Part shown: positions 36,401 to 48,400 of the stretch, one piece after another
Position numbering within the stretch: the stretch's first letter is position 1
Layout of the letters: every line of letters starts with the position of its first letter
NCBI GenBank assembly: GCA_965637545.1
Contig: OZ281495.1
Coordinates: 12,772,001-12,836,000, forward strand
Direction of reading: 5' to 3'
DNA: 64,000 bases
Source of the DNA: Phallusia mammillata
Lineage: Eukaryota
The notes under the pieces: generated by a model
What the model was told of the DNA's origin: nothing
The model's database searches: none
What the model saw: the letters and a program-made list of their open reading frames with translations, nothing else
Program-made: the position numbers and the translations under genes

Positions 36401-39400
36401 TGGAAAGTTGTTCAAGTCACCGTCAACTCCTAATCATAAAAAAGATAAGAAAGACCCAAATACACGAAAAAGTCACACAACAGTTAAAGTCAAACAGTTA
36501 GCATGTGCAAAAGGTATTGAAAATTTAGTTAGAGTACAATTGTTTTTCAAAAAAATAGCAAAGGACGTCCTGAGTCTTGTAAGTGGCAAAATTGTACAAT
36601 TTTATCCGTATTTAAGGATAAAAAATGACTTAAAAATAATTTGTACTTACCAACACAAACCAAGTCCTTTAGCGGGCCAGCAGCTTCAGGAACAGCCGTA
36701 AATCCTTTACTAACTGTCAGCATGTTTTTCGAGTCGACGGATGTTCCCACAAAATCCACACAGCCCTGTAGCAACGGTAGCATACCGTTTGATGCGTCAG
36801 GCGATACTAGCATGGGAATAATCTCGATTTCATTAGCAGTGGCTTGCGCAATAACATCGCTGACGGGAAGACCGAAGCCTGGTAAAGAGATACAAGGCAG
36901 CCGAACATCCAGTACTACAACTTTTCGTACCCCAGGTCGACCACCGGCAGCAGCTGAAGAAATGATATGAATTTTATGGGAAAATATGGATAGTTTGGAC
37001 TTGGGATGTTAGTTTGACCTGGAAAATTAGATTTGCCCTACAATACTTGTTTTTTTTAAACAAAAGAGTCTGTTTTTATTTTTACGGATTTTGTTTGATT
37101 TAAAATGCTTAATCTTAAGTGATGCTCTTTTAAGTTAGTAAAGTATGGTCCAAAAGGTTCAGAGTCACTTCGGGGGTTACTATGTTTTAAACTTTATTAG
37201 ACTGCTGCTATTTGTGTAACTCAGATTATAATGTTGGAAAAAGGCCGTACTCTAATACATTAAAATAGAAACGCAAGATTTTGTTAATAACGATTCCAAC
37301 GCACACTTTGCTTAAAAATGATTACAAAAAATGCATGAGCCCAACATACGGAGAAATTTCGTGGTGAAAGCTTGTTGTAGTTGGGATGAGAAATCCATTC
37401 CAAACCGGCCAGGTGGAGATAGATTGTTGATCGCGGTATCGAGACTTTCCCTTGTCGGGTTGGCGTTGAGGGGAAATCCCTGCAGAACGTCACCGTACAG
37501 AAACACACCGATCTGTAAAAACGTTTTTTTAGAAATTGTAACTCAGGTACTATGCTCAAGGCAAAACAAGCCAAAAAATTAGTAGCAATTTTTGCACACG
37601 TTTCAAATCCTACAACTTTTTTTAATTTCTTTAAAAATTTATTTCGTTTCAAATTGTATGCCAGTTTAGTGTATCTTTTTTTCCGTTTTTAATTCACTGC
37701 AGTCAGTATTTAAGAAAATTGCCTCTGCTTATCTCGATGCTAAAACCCTGACGAACAATCCAGCGGGAGCCACATTATACACATTTGTTGACATTATTAT
37801 TTTATTTTTTTGATCTGCATATGTGTATTCACTTACCTGTGTATCTTCCGGGCCGATATTAAACTTTTTCGTCATATTGACCAAGAGTGTTTTGTAGTAA
37901 CTCAGCGTATTTGTGCCAGGTATCATGTCGCTCATACCGTCCAACAAGAAAATTATATCAGTTGGGGGGAGGTAGTAGCACTCTACAATAAAATAAATCA
38001 TTTTATACTAGTGATCAAAAGGACGTGCAAGTGCAAGTATGGGTTCTGCAGAAAAACCTCTCACAATTGTTGGTTCTAACCTATCGACACTTGTTAAAGC
38101 AAAGTTGGGTAATCACATAACAGTTAATCGCTTAATCTGTTTATTTGCACAAAAGAATTCGGCAAATTGTCTATGCAATTAACCGAATTCGTTTAAAGCG
38201 TATTACGCGCCAGTTCTAATGGAACCGGAACGAGGCACGCAGGTCAATATATTGCTGTAATTGTGTTTCGCATAATTCATTTAGACGCTAACCTAACACA
38301 CGGTAAAACAATTCCAAAACATAAAAACTAAAACCTACCATATTTTCTTGTATTTCCAGAAAATAAAAAAATAAAACAACTTTACAAGCACAGATATTTT
38401 TAGCCTTATTCAAACGTCCTCCAAGCTAACCACTTTTCAGCACAAGGGCATCACACTTTTGTAGTAACCCGTCGTAAAACGTACCTGGTAAAGGTGGCGG
38501 AGGAGTTGTAATAGCAGGCGTAGGAACAAATTCTGAACAAGATTGTTCGGTTTAGTAATAATTTTTCATGAAATTCAGGTAAAGTCAAGAAGAAAAACAG
38601 CGTACAAAAATCAAGAAATTCTTTCATTCGTCAACAACTCTTAGAAAAAGCAGTAGGCCGCAATGATAGGTTAGCTGTAAACAGCGCACAATGTTTCGAC
38701 AAATTAGGTCGTCAACTGCACTGATGAAACCGTATAAAAACAGTCGTCACAATTTGCTTTACCCTTTACTAAAACTAGGGCATGTTTTGCTGCTAATATA
38801 CTTAGACAAATATGTTAGTCCGAAAGAGGAAGACCAACATTCTGCACGTAGCCTATAAACATGTAGGCTATGATGGAAAAGAAACTCCCATTTAATATAA
38901 TTTATATCCACTATAGCAGAGGTTTTTGGCCATGAACCACGAATTCAATTAAAAGAATATCGTCTAATATTCCTTCGTCAAGTAATGAAAAAGTAGTCAT
39001 AAACACCAGCAAGCATACTGGTTTGAAATATTCTCCTCAAATGGAATTTAAAAAAATAATTTAAAGGTAAACATTTGACAGCTAACAATGGCCAACGAGT
39101 TAAATAACTTTATTCATTCTCAATGTTCAATAAAATAATGCAACTAGTTTGTGAACAAACATACTGGAGGCCTTGCGGACCACCGGTTAAGAACCACTGC
39201 ACTAGACGGTTCAGCATACAGTTTAAATGAAAGTTGCATACACCCACCGGGAGGAGAGCATATCGACTCTGTTAAGTTCTTGAGCAGAATGCTTTTGTGA
39301 TCGGGCGTAGGAGCGATGAATACTGGACCGGATCCGGCCATCATGTTGTTCATAATGACTCGATCAACCGATTTTACCCCAAGCCCAATCATGTGAAAAC

Positions 39401-42400
39401 TGCTTCCGTTTGCGTACGTCTCTCGCCTTATTTCGTAAAGTTTGTCTTCCATTTCTTGGTACTTGTCCAAGTCCTGTAACCAGACAAAAACACGTTATCA
39501 CATAACGTGTATTTATAATGGTAAGCTCTTTAGAAAATGTCAAGGTAGATTTTCTAACTAGAAATGAGTTGTTAAACTATGTAATATGCGTGAACGTGTC
39601 AGTTTCCGTACAAGTGTGTGTAGAAAGCCTTCTCAATTAGTTATTCAAGATTTAATCTCACGAAACTGAATTCACGTATTCAATTCAACTATTAAGAAGT
39701 TTTTCAATAAATTACTCCATTTATCACATTTTTAGCGTGCCGGTTGCCTTATGTAATTTGTGTAGCGGACTTTTTACTCTCATACTCTACCTTTTGTATT
39801 TGCCTTGTAAGAGAAAGTTTTAAGGCATGGAATTACATGGCCCTTAAATAAATAATACGCGTAAAAAAGGCTGGTAAACACTATTTTAACTTTTTCACGC
39901 CTAGAAAACATTTGTCACGACAGTCGACAGCCAGCAAATTATAATCCCTATTGTCATATACTGACTAAAATCTAAAAAAAAAACATTTAAAACTAAAAAT
40001 AACCAGAATCACCTTAGCCCGTCCATCCGTAACGACGACTACTACAAGAGGAACGTTTGGTCTTCTTCCAGGATTATGAACTTCCACACCCAGTTTATGA
40101 ATGATGGCGGTGTAGAGATTCGTCGTGCCGTGCAGCATTTGTAAATTACTGATGGCTTTAACCATTCCGGACTTGTTTCTTATGTAGGTAGAAAGATCCC
40201 ACTCAATATGACTTTCACCCCCGAACTGCAACACTCCCACCTTGGTTAAGAGAAGTATGGACCAAATTACAGCTTAAGCGGAAAGCACATCAAAATAAGC
40301 TAAATATGCCAACTTTTTTCATGCCCGATTGTGTTAAAAGAAAACAGAAAAAATGTTGCATAATGACATTTAACATTTTTCAGTATTCAATTTTTAATAT
40401 TTTTTTTGCATTCGTGTTGCAGATCCATTTTAAAAACAATAAACAAACGTTAATCATATGCACTCATCGTTTGTACTCCATTGATTGAAAATAAATTACC
40501 TGATGCATTAATGTATTGTCAAAATATACAGTGTTTTTATTTGTTTACTTACTCTTGTATAATCGTTGTCAATATCGAAATTTTCCAAAAATCCGTTTAA
40601 TATATATGTCAGGACTCCCAAGCCTCTTTGCCCTATGCTGAATGAAGTGTCCAACACGAAGACAACGTCCGCCTCACAACCTTTTACTCCTAAGTGCAAG
40701 AATAAAATACATATAACGCACTTTATATTGCTTTGAAAGTTTAAATATCGTGTAATCCCTGGAATCAAGTTCGTTTATATAACGTGTCATCCGCTTAGCG
40801 GTTAGACGTTGTCACTTATTTCTTTCCAGCTCTGTCGGTTTGAGCAGCATCGAGTTAGGTCCACAAGTGATGTGGCATTCACTGCATGTTTAATTCCCTC
40901 TATATATTGCAGTCTTTGCCTTCCCCTTGATCTCTTGCCGTGGGGTCGTCCATGTAAACCAGTGATTCTCAAACTGTGTGCCGTGAGAGATTTCCAAGTG
41001 TGCCGCGAAATATTTTCTGATTAAAGTGCAAACATTCCCTCATGTTTTAGGATTTATGACGAAATACTGGTGTGCATAACAACGTTTCCAAGCTCATATT
41101 TTTGTTCTTGGCAATGAAAAACATCCATAGCCACCAGAATAAAGTTGAAAATTAACATTCTGTGAAAAAGGTTTTTTATGTTAACCTGCGAAGTGTGCCG
41201 CAAAAGAAAATTATAGTTTTTTAATGTGTCGCATGCTCAAAAAGTTTGAGAACCACTGATGTGAACACAAGTATTCCAAAGTTTCAGGGTGTCGATTTAT
41301 GTGTCCATAATATTTTAGACATTGTTTTTGCATGAATCTAATGAATTGATGTTGTACTTTCAGTTCTTTTAATATGGAGTTGTTGGTCCTATGTTCTTTC
41401 CATGAAATTCTTAGCAAGCGACGTAAGCAGCACATTTCAAAACTTTGTAGCTTAGCGCGATCGGTCGCTCGTAAGTTTTTCGCAAGCATAGGTAGCAACA
41501 GGCCAAACCAAAGATTTAATAAGATAAACCTTAAAGCTATTGCTGATAGTCATATCTTTCCAGATAGAGCGGAGATTCTGTGTGGCTGCTCTTGCCATAG
41601 CCAGCCTCCGGCTAATTTCAGGGGAGTCACTACCTGAATCACTTATGCTTGCTCCCAAGTAGGTGAAACTGCTGACTTGTTCTAAAACACTTCCAGAGGA
41701 TGTTACAATAGCACTTGTTGTGGGATGTTTTGCTACCACCATAACTTTTGTTTTATTTGTGTTTATAAGCAGGCCCATTTTTTCACTTTGTATTTCCAAT
41801 AGCTGAAAAGATCGCTGAAGTGATTGCTTTGATCCAGCAAGCAGGACTGCATCATCTGCATATCTTAGATTGTGCAGCTTTTCTCCGTCATAGTCAAGGC
41901 CACCATATCCACCCTTGGACTGACCCATGACTCTTTCTCTGTACAAATTGAAAAGAAGTGGGGAAAGCACACAACCCTGTCGAACACCTTTTTGTATGGG
42001 AAAATGTCGGGAAAATCCTTCTGCAGTTTGAACTGTCGCTGTTTGACCCTCATACAGGGATTTTATTAGCCAAATGAAGTGGTGTGGGAAACCCCACTGT
42101 GATAAGACTTCCCACAACCGATGGTGGTTAAGACAGTCGAAGGCCTTTACGTAATCGACAAAGCACAGATGTAACGACATGTTGTACTCCAGTGCCTTTT
42201 CCATTATAATTCTAAAATTGAATAGTTGATCGCGAGTTCCCCTATGTTTTTGGTAGCCCGCTTGTTCTCTAGAAATGATTTCATTTGCTCTTTTGCTCAT
42301 TCGTCTGACTACAATGTGTAGCATGATTTTACTAGCGTGTGGAATGAGAGCAATAGTTCTGTAGTTGCAGCATAAAGTGGAGTCCCCTTTTTTTAACAGA

Positions 42401-45400
42401 GGAATGAAAATGGAAGTTTTCCATTCTTTCGAAAAAATATCAGTATCCCATATTTTTTGACACAAGAGGTGCAGCAGTTTTTCAAGTGTTGCTCCACCAA
42501 GTTTTAGAAATTCTGCTGCAATTCCATCCACACCTGGCGATTTATTTGCCTTTAGACGGTTGATCGCCTCACCAACCTCAGAGAGTAGTATGGGGGGGGG
42601 TTCGAGTAAACTTGCCTTATCCGGCGTGACTGATAAAACATCAGGCACACCATCAGCCTTGTACATATTTTCACAATAGGCAGCCCACCCTTCTTTGATT
42701 CCCTCACTGTCTCTTTGCAATTGGCAAGTTCGTTTACAAAAGGAAAATAAATTAGCTAGATACAAAAAAAGCATACACTAAACACTCAAAAACTGAAGTT
42801 AGTCCCATACTGGCTTACCTTCTGTTACCGTGACAGCCTCAGTGGTTTCTATGGTCACTCCCTCTGTTGAAACTTCGGTGATCGGCGTAGCTGCTAAATA
42901 TGAAATATTGGTTCATATTGCACAGTACAAAAGATAAAATGAAGAGCTTACCGGTCGTTGTCGGACCTCGCGTGGTTGTGATAAATTCTGGAAATGAAAA
43001 TTATCTATTAATTATCAACGAAAGTAAGACGAACAACGGTTATTCAATGTAGAAGGTAAGAATCTTAAAATTTAGTTCGAAGAATATGAAAATAGTATAT
43101 ATATAAAAAAATATGAAAAAAAATAAAAAGAAACCAAGAAGAAGGTACCGTGTTATTTTGAAAAATTCAGTAACTATTTCAGTATTGACTAGCGAAGCGA
43201 GAGTCGCTATTTTCGAAAAAGAAAGGTAATAGTAAAAAGGGGAGCCTTGACATCAATGTCTTGAATAGATTTGTGGAACGGTTTGCAAAAAGCAAAGAGT
43301 TTTCATTTTTGCGCGGTGAAACTTCTCTAACAGTCTTGGGACGCTTAACAATAATAGCTAAATGGCAGTGTCACCTCCCACGTTGACCAGCACTATAATT
43401 CAATTCAATCACCACTATTTTATCAGTTTCTACCTGCACAGACCGAGTCCTTGATCTCCGACAACCGACTCTCAATCTCACTTAATCCGCCATGGGCATT
43501 GAAAACATCGGATGAGGGGACGCTACTTCCAAGGTTTGACACGAACTCGTCGACAGATTGCGTAAGAGCTGATCCGAGTCCAGGGGAAACGCCCAGCACC
43601 ACCACTTTTGCTCCCATGTCGTGGGCTCGGATGATGTTAATAGGAAGAGGTGTGACACCAGCAGAGGTGCCTTTCTTCGTTGCAAGAAGGATGTACACTT
43701 GAGGAACCAAAGGTCTTGGTTTTCCTTTTAAAAAACGTATAGTTTACCAAAAAAGTAACATTTCGGCAACATCTTTTTTTGTTTGTTTTTTTGAATTTTC
43801 CTCACATTTTGACCTAATAGAGTTTTATGTAAGAATAATTTATGAAAATTTTTGTCGTTAGAAAATTTTTGCGTCACAAAGTTTGTTTTACTTACTGGCG
43901 GGCAATCGTTTTAAAAATTCTGAAAATGCATTGGCAGGATCCGGGTTTTGTGAATTTGTTTCGTTTATTGCTTGAATCGCTTCATAAGTTTGTTGCAAAT
44001 TCCGAGGTTCTAATTCAAACGTTCCGTCATCAAGGAGATTGGAATCGAAGCCTATCACGGACATCTAAAAAGGCAACAAATTTCCAAACTTAGGTTGGAC
44101 CAACTAGTTTAATTGGTTACAAAAGTGGTATAATTACCAGCCGTATAATTACCACTGCTTTCTAAATTCGCTTTTACCTGTGCATTGCTTCCTGACATGA
44201 CAAAACTATCTGAAAACTTCTTCAACACACGTTTTAAGTCATCAAGGTTGTGACCCCGCGTCAACCAATCAGAGGTGTCCACCAGCCACGTGACATCAAC
44301 CGGGCCGTAGTCGCAAGCTGTTGTGAGTAAATGCAAGTTTCAATGTATTTGTAGTCAGTTCATCAATTGAGTTATTGGGAAACGGGTTTTACCTGGTCGT
44401 GTTCCAGTTGTAACAGCTGTTGTTGGTGTTGTGGTAACTGTAAGGAAAACAATACACATAAATTTTGTGGACAGTAAGCAAATTATGCCTTGGTGACAAG
44501 TTAACAATTCAAAATTTAAAGCAAAACTGTATGTTAATATTTAAAAACCCAAAAAACCTTGAGAGTGTTTTATGTTTTATGTGACTTCGTTGTTAATCAC
44601 TGGACTGTTTTTTACCCGGGTATGTTGTAAACTCTGGTGCAGTTGTTGGCGGAGCTGTCGTTGTGGTCACAATATAACAGAAGAGATCGGCTAACTCAGA
44701 AGCCATTATAACCGGATCATCAGCAGCCGTAAGCAGCAAAGTCATTCCTTCCAAAACTCTCATGTATTCATCCCTCCTCGACTTGGTGTAATTCTTAAAA
44801 GTTTCCTCAAAATATCCAACTACGAAGCCGTACCCATCGCGTTTAAGGCGCTTGATTTCACCCAGTATACCGCCATCAGTTGAATTGCCTAGAAGTTGAT
44901 CTGACTCTGGGAGCCGTGTAAGAATAAGAAGAAAGGTTTTGGCGTATTCTGTAACTCTAAGGTTACGGCTGAAGACCAGTTCCACACCAAATTGTAAAGT
45001 GTTCGTCAAGTCAAACGTGTTACCACTGCTCACTTGTGTAATCAGGGAACCATTTGATGAATCAAATCGCTGAAGAAGACGTGTTTTGTTGCTTCCTTCC
45101 TCGTTTAAGTGGATCACTGCCGTGGTAAAGTCCCCGACCAATGCCAACTCAACTCTTGAATACTTAGTACCGTTGTCTATTGCCAAATCGGCAAAGGTGT
45201 TACGCAGCAACGTTGTTACAAATCGATTTCGGTCTGGTCTTGCCCCAATAGCATCATCAACGATAACATATATGTCAATAGGGCGCAAGCACGATGGCGC
45301 AGGTGTAGTTGCTGCGGCTCTTGTTGTGCCTGTTACGGGTGCTGTGGTCAAGGTGGGTGTTGATGTTACCGCTCCTGTCGTGCCCGTTGCAGTTCCTATG

Positions 45401-48400
45401 GTCGAGGTTGGGGTAGGTGTTACCGCTCCTGTCGTGCCCGTTGCAGTTCCTATGGTCGAGGTTGGGGTAGGTGTTACCGCCCCTGTCGTGCCCGTTGCGG
45501 TTCCTATGGTCAAGGGTCCAGTCGGTGTTACCGCTGCTGAACCTGGAGAAGTAGCAGTCGGTGTTACAGCTATTGAAGCCGAAGTAACTGTCGGTGTGGT
45601 TGTGGGTTGCACAGGCACGATCCCTGGTTCACATAAATGTGGTGCAATGTCCATTTCCAGGTCGTTTTCTACAAGTTCGCGCGAGTTGGCCACGCGTCGG
45701 AAGTTCCCTGATGGTCCAGCTATGGTTGCAACATCATCTACACTAAGTGCCCCATCGAAACTTACGACTACGACATTGACACCAGAGTTATGAAGGTCGT
45801 TTAAGACTGTTGTGTCCCTGTTATCAAAAATTGGCTTTGACTTCATTATTAGGAATACAGACGTGTTTCTATCCACCAACAAAGATCTCTTTTCGTTGAG
45901 AAGAGTTTCAAGTGCAGCGCTAAAGTTTGCTGTTGGGCCACCAGGAAGGTTAGGTTGAAGCGAATTCTTGTTTGTGAGGAATGACTGCATTTTAACGTTG
46001 TCATCTGGTGCAATCAGGTAGTTAGCAGCGCTGTCATACTGTATCACACCAACTCTGACTCGATTTACTCCAGTTTCATCAGGGACAAAATTAAGCGGAT
46101 GCAGAGTATAGGATAGTTTGTGTGTAGCGTCGATCATGTCCTCCAAGTTCTTAGCAGTGATGGCCTCTGAATTGTCCCACAAGAAGAACACGTCGGTAGT
46201 ATTTGCGCAGTATGTGGGTGAAATTGGCAGAGTCAGAGGCGCGCGACATACTTTATCAGTAATGTAGTGATACTTTTCCGATACGAAGCTGTTTAAAACG
46301 TACATTACGTTGTCGACCCCCAATAACTCGGTCCAGGCCTGTTTGTCTGCTATGTTGGTATAGGCTTGGGGTGCTGTTACCACTGTTAACAAAACACTGC
46401 GTTGCTTGATACGCTCAATGGCAGCGTTCATTGGTATTTCGTTTGTGGGTTGGCGACCTTGAAGTACCAGGATCGATTTCTGTACTCGGCCGTAAGGTCT
46501 GGCACCTTTATCGCTATTTGTAAGGTAGACATCTGTGACCTCGTCCAGTGCAAACTGCATATCAAATACCCGCACTGTCTCAGCCACCCTGGTCACTTTA
46601 GTGTTTAGCACCGACTGAATACGACCGTCGAGGTCCTGCAGCAATGCGACGGGGTCCCAAACAAAGTTGTTGACTCTCCACGTACGGTGAGCAGCGAGAA
46701 GAACGGCTACGTGAGTCCGCGGTTCCGAAATTGTAATGTTTTGCAGCAAGGCCTTGATAAGGTCAAACACCAACGCCTGTTTTGTGGCTTGGGTCGCTGG
46801 GTCTGTCGCGAGCAATAGGGACGTGTCGATAACTATAACCAGATCAGCAATCATAGTACAGCTCTCCGTCGGTGCCGTAGGCGTCGGCGGTGTCGTTACT
46901 GTCGGTGCTGGTGTCGTTGGCTCAGGCGTCGTTGTAGCTACACTTACTGTTGTGCCCTCGCAAAGTTGGGTCAAAATGCTGAAGGACATACGAGCGTAGG
47001 CTGCTGTCAAGATGTCGTGGATTTGACTTACGTGATAATACGTGGTTGTGCGTGTTGCAGGTCGGGGAGAGCTATTCTGCCAAACAGTCAAAATTATCAG
47101 CTTGATTTTGCGCGCTGCCGCCACTTCGATTGCCTTTGTGATGTTGTCTTGGGGTTCGGAGAAAATAATTATAAACAGCAAGTCTTCAATGGTGCCGTTC
47201 ACATCGTGTATTGATGAAGAGTTAAACGAATCTAGGGCCTTTAATATAGCGTCACCCAAAAGATTGCTTTTGCTTCGTTGCAATTCCAGATCATTGACAG
47301 CGTTTGCTACAAGACTCATATTCTGGTTGGTTGTAATATTTAGATCCTGCTCCACGAAGTCCCCAAACTGGTCGATTCCTACGTGAAGCTTGGAGCCGTT
47401 CTTACCAAAGTCCACAGGGGCAATAGCGCTCACGTAAGCCATAACTATCGTCTTCATGGCGTTAAACTCACTGGCGGCCAGCTGATTCGTGCTGTGCAGA
47501 AGGAACATTATATTTACTGCACCGTCGCAGAACCTCCGCGACGCTGTTATAGGTAGCACGTGTTCATAAGGTGTAGTGGTGGTCTGTGCGGCAGTTGTTG
47601 GGGTTTTCGCAGTTGTGGCGGTCCCTGCTGGTGTTGTAACCTCAATTGTAGTGGCAGTCTCTGCTGAAGTAGTTGCGTTGGTGATGTACAACCCCGCAGT
47701 AGTGATGGGAGTTGTAGGATAAACTTCGGTGGTCAATTCTGGTATTGTTGTGAGACATTCGGCTGGAGTGTAGCAATTCAGATCCCCTGTGTGTGTGCAT
47801 ACGCTACAAAATAATTATAGCGTTTAGAGTGAATCCTACTTCTCATCGGTACTGTGAGATTTAACTTACCATATCAAGCAGGAATCACTGATAACCGTAT
47901 CACCATCGTTGTACAGCTTTCCCATAACATGACAAGTAATTGGGCAGCTCTCAATGCATTGTCCAGTGTTCTCGTCAAACAGGCTCCCTGAGAAATCAAT
48001 ATCAAATTAGGTATCAGTGCGACATAGAGCAAACAAATAAAAGCAACATTATACACGGATTAGAAAAGTAATTTAATCAACATCTGCATGATGTATTCTT
48101 TATAGACAATATACTCTAGCTCTTAGGTTTTTAAATTAATGAAAAACAAGTCTGCAACTAAAAAATGTAGAAAGGCTGTGTTTTAAAAAAGAAAAGGCCA
48201 ATTTTTTGGGTAGTTGAGTTGAGTTGAGTATATTTCTCTTGGTGAAAGACAACATAGCGACACAATAACTAAACAATCACCAAGCCGCTCATCTTTGAAA
48301 CTTTTAGGAGCGCAAAACAGTAAAAGGCACAAGTAGTGGAATCAAGACTAAACGCTTTAGCTGCAACATATAATAAAGCCAATATTGGCTTCTCGTTGTA

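Noticed and set aside
39184-39198. hAT MITE ending at GGTTAAGAACCACTG
   Set aside because: Only one TIR; no convincing partner or TSD was found.
42725-42774. N-terminus ([10 protein letters not shown]...) of the 440-aa RT ORF as a real start or signal peptide
   Set aside because: It lies outside the TSD; it is host intron fortuitously in frame with a 5'-truncated element.
45086-45793. 235-aa plus-strand ORF
   Set aside because: Antisense shadow of Thr/Pro/Ala codons in the giant exon; no independent domain or splice signals.
19832-47803. Two separate genes (a D-domain mucin and a VWA-repeat gene) or a pseudogene
   Set aside because: All junctions join in frame on one strand with no stop codon, start exon or intergenic gap.
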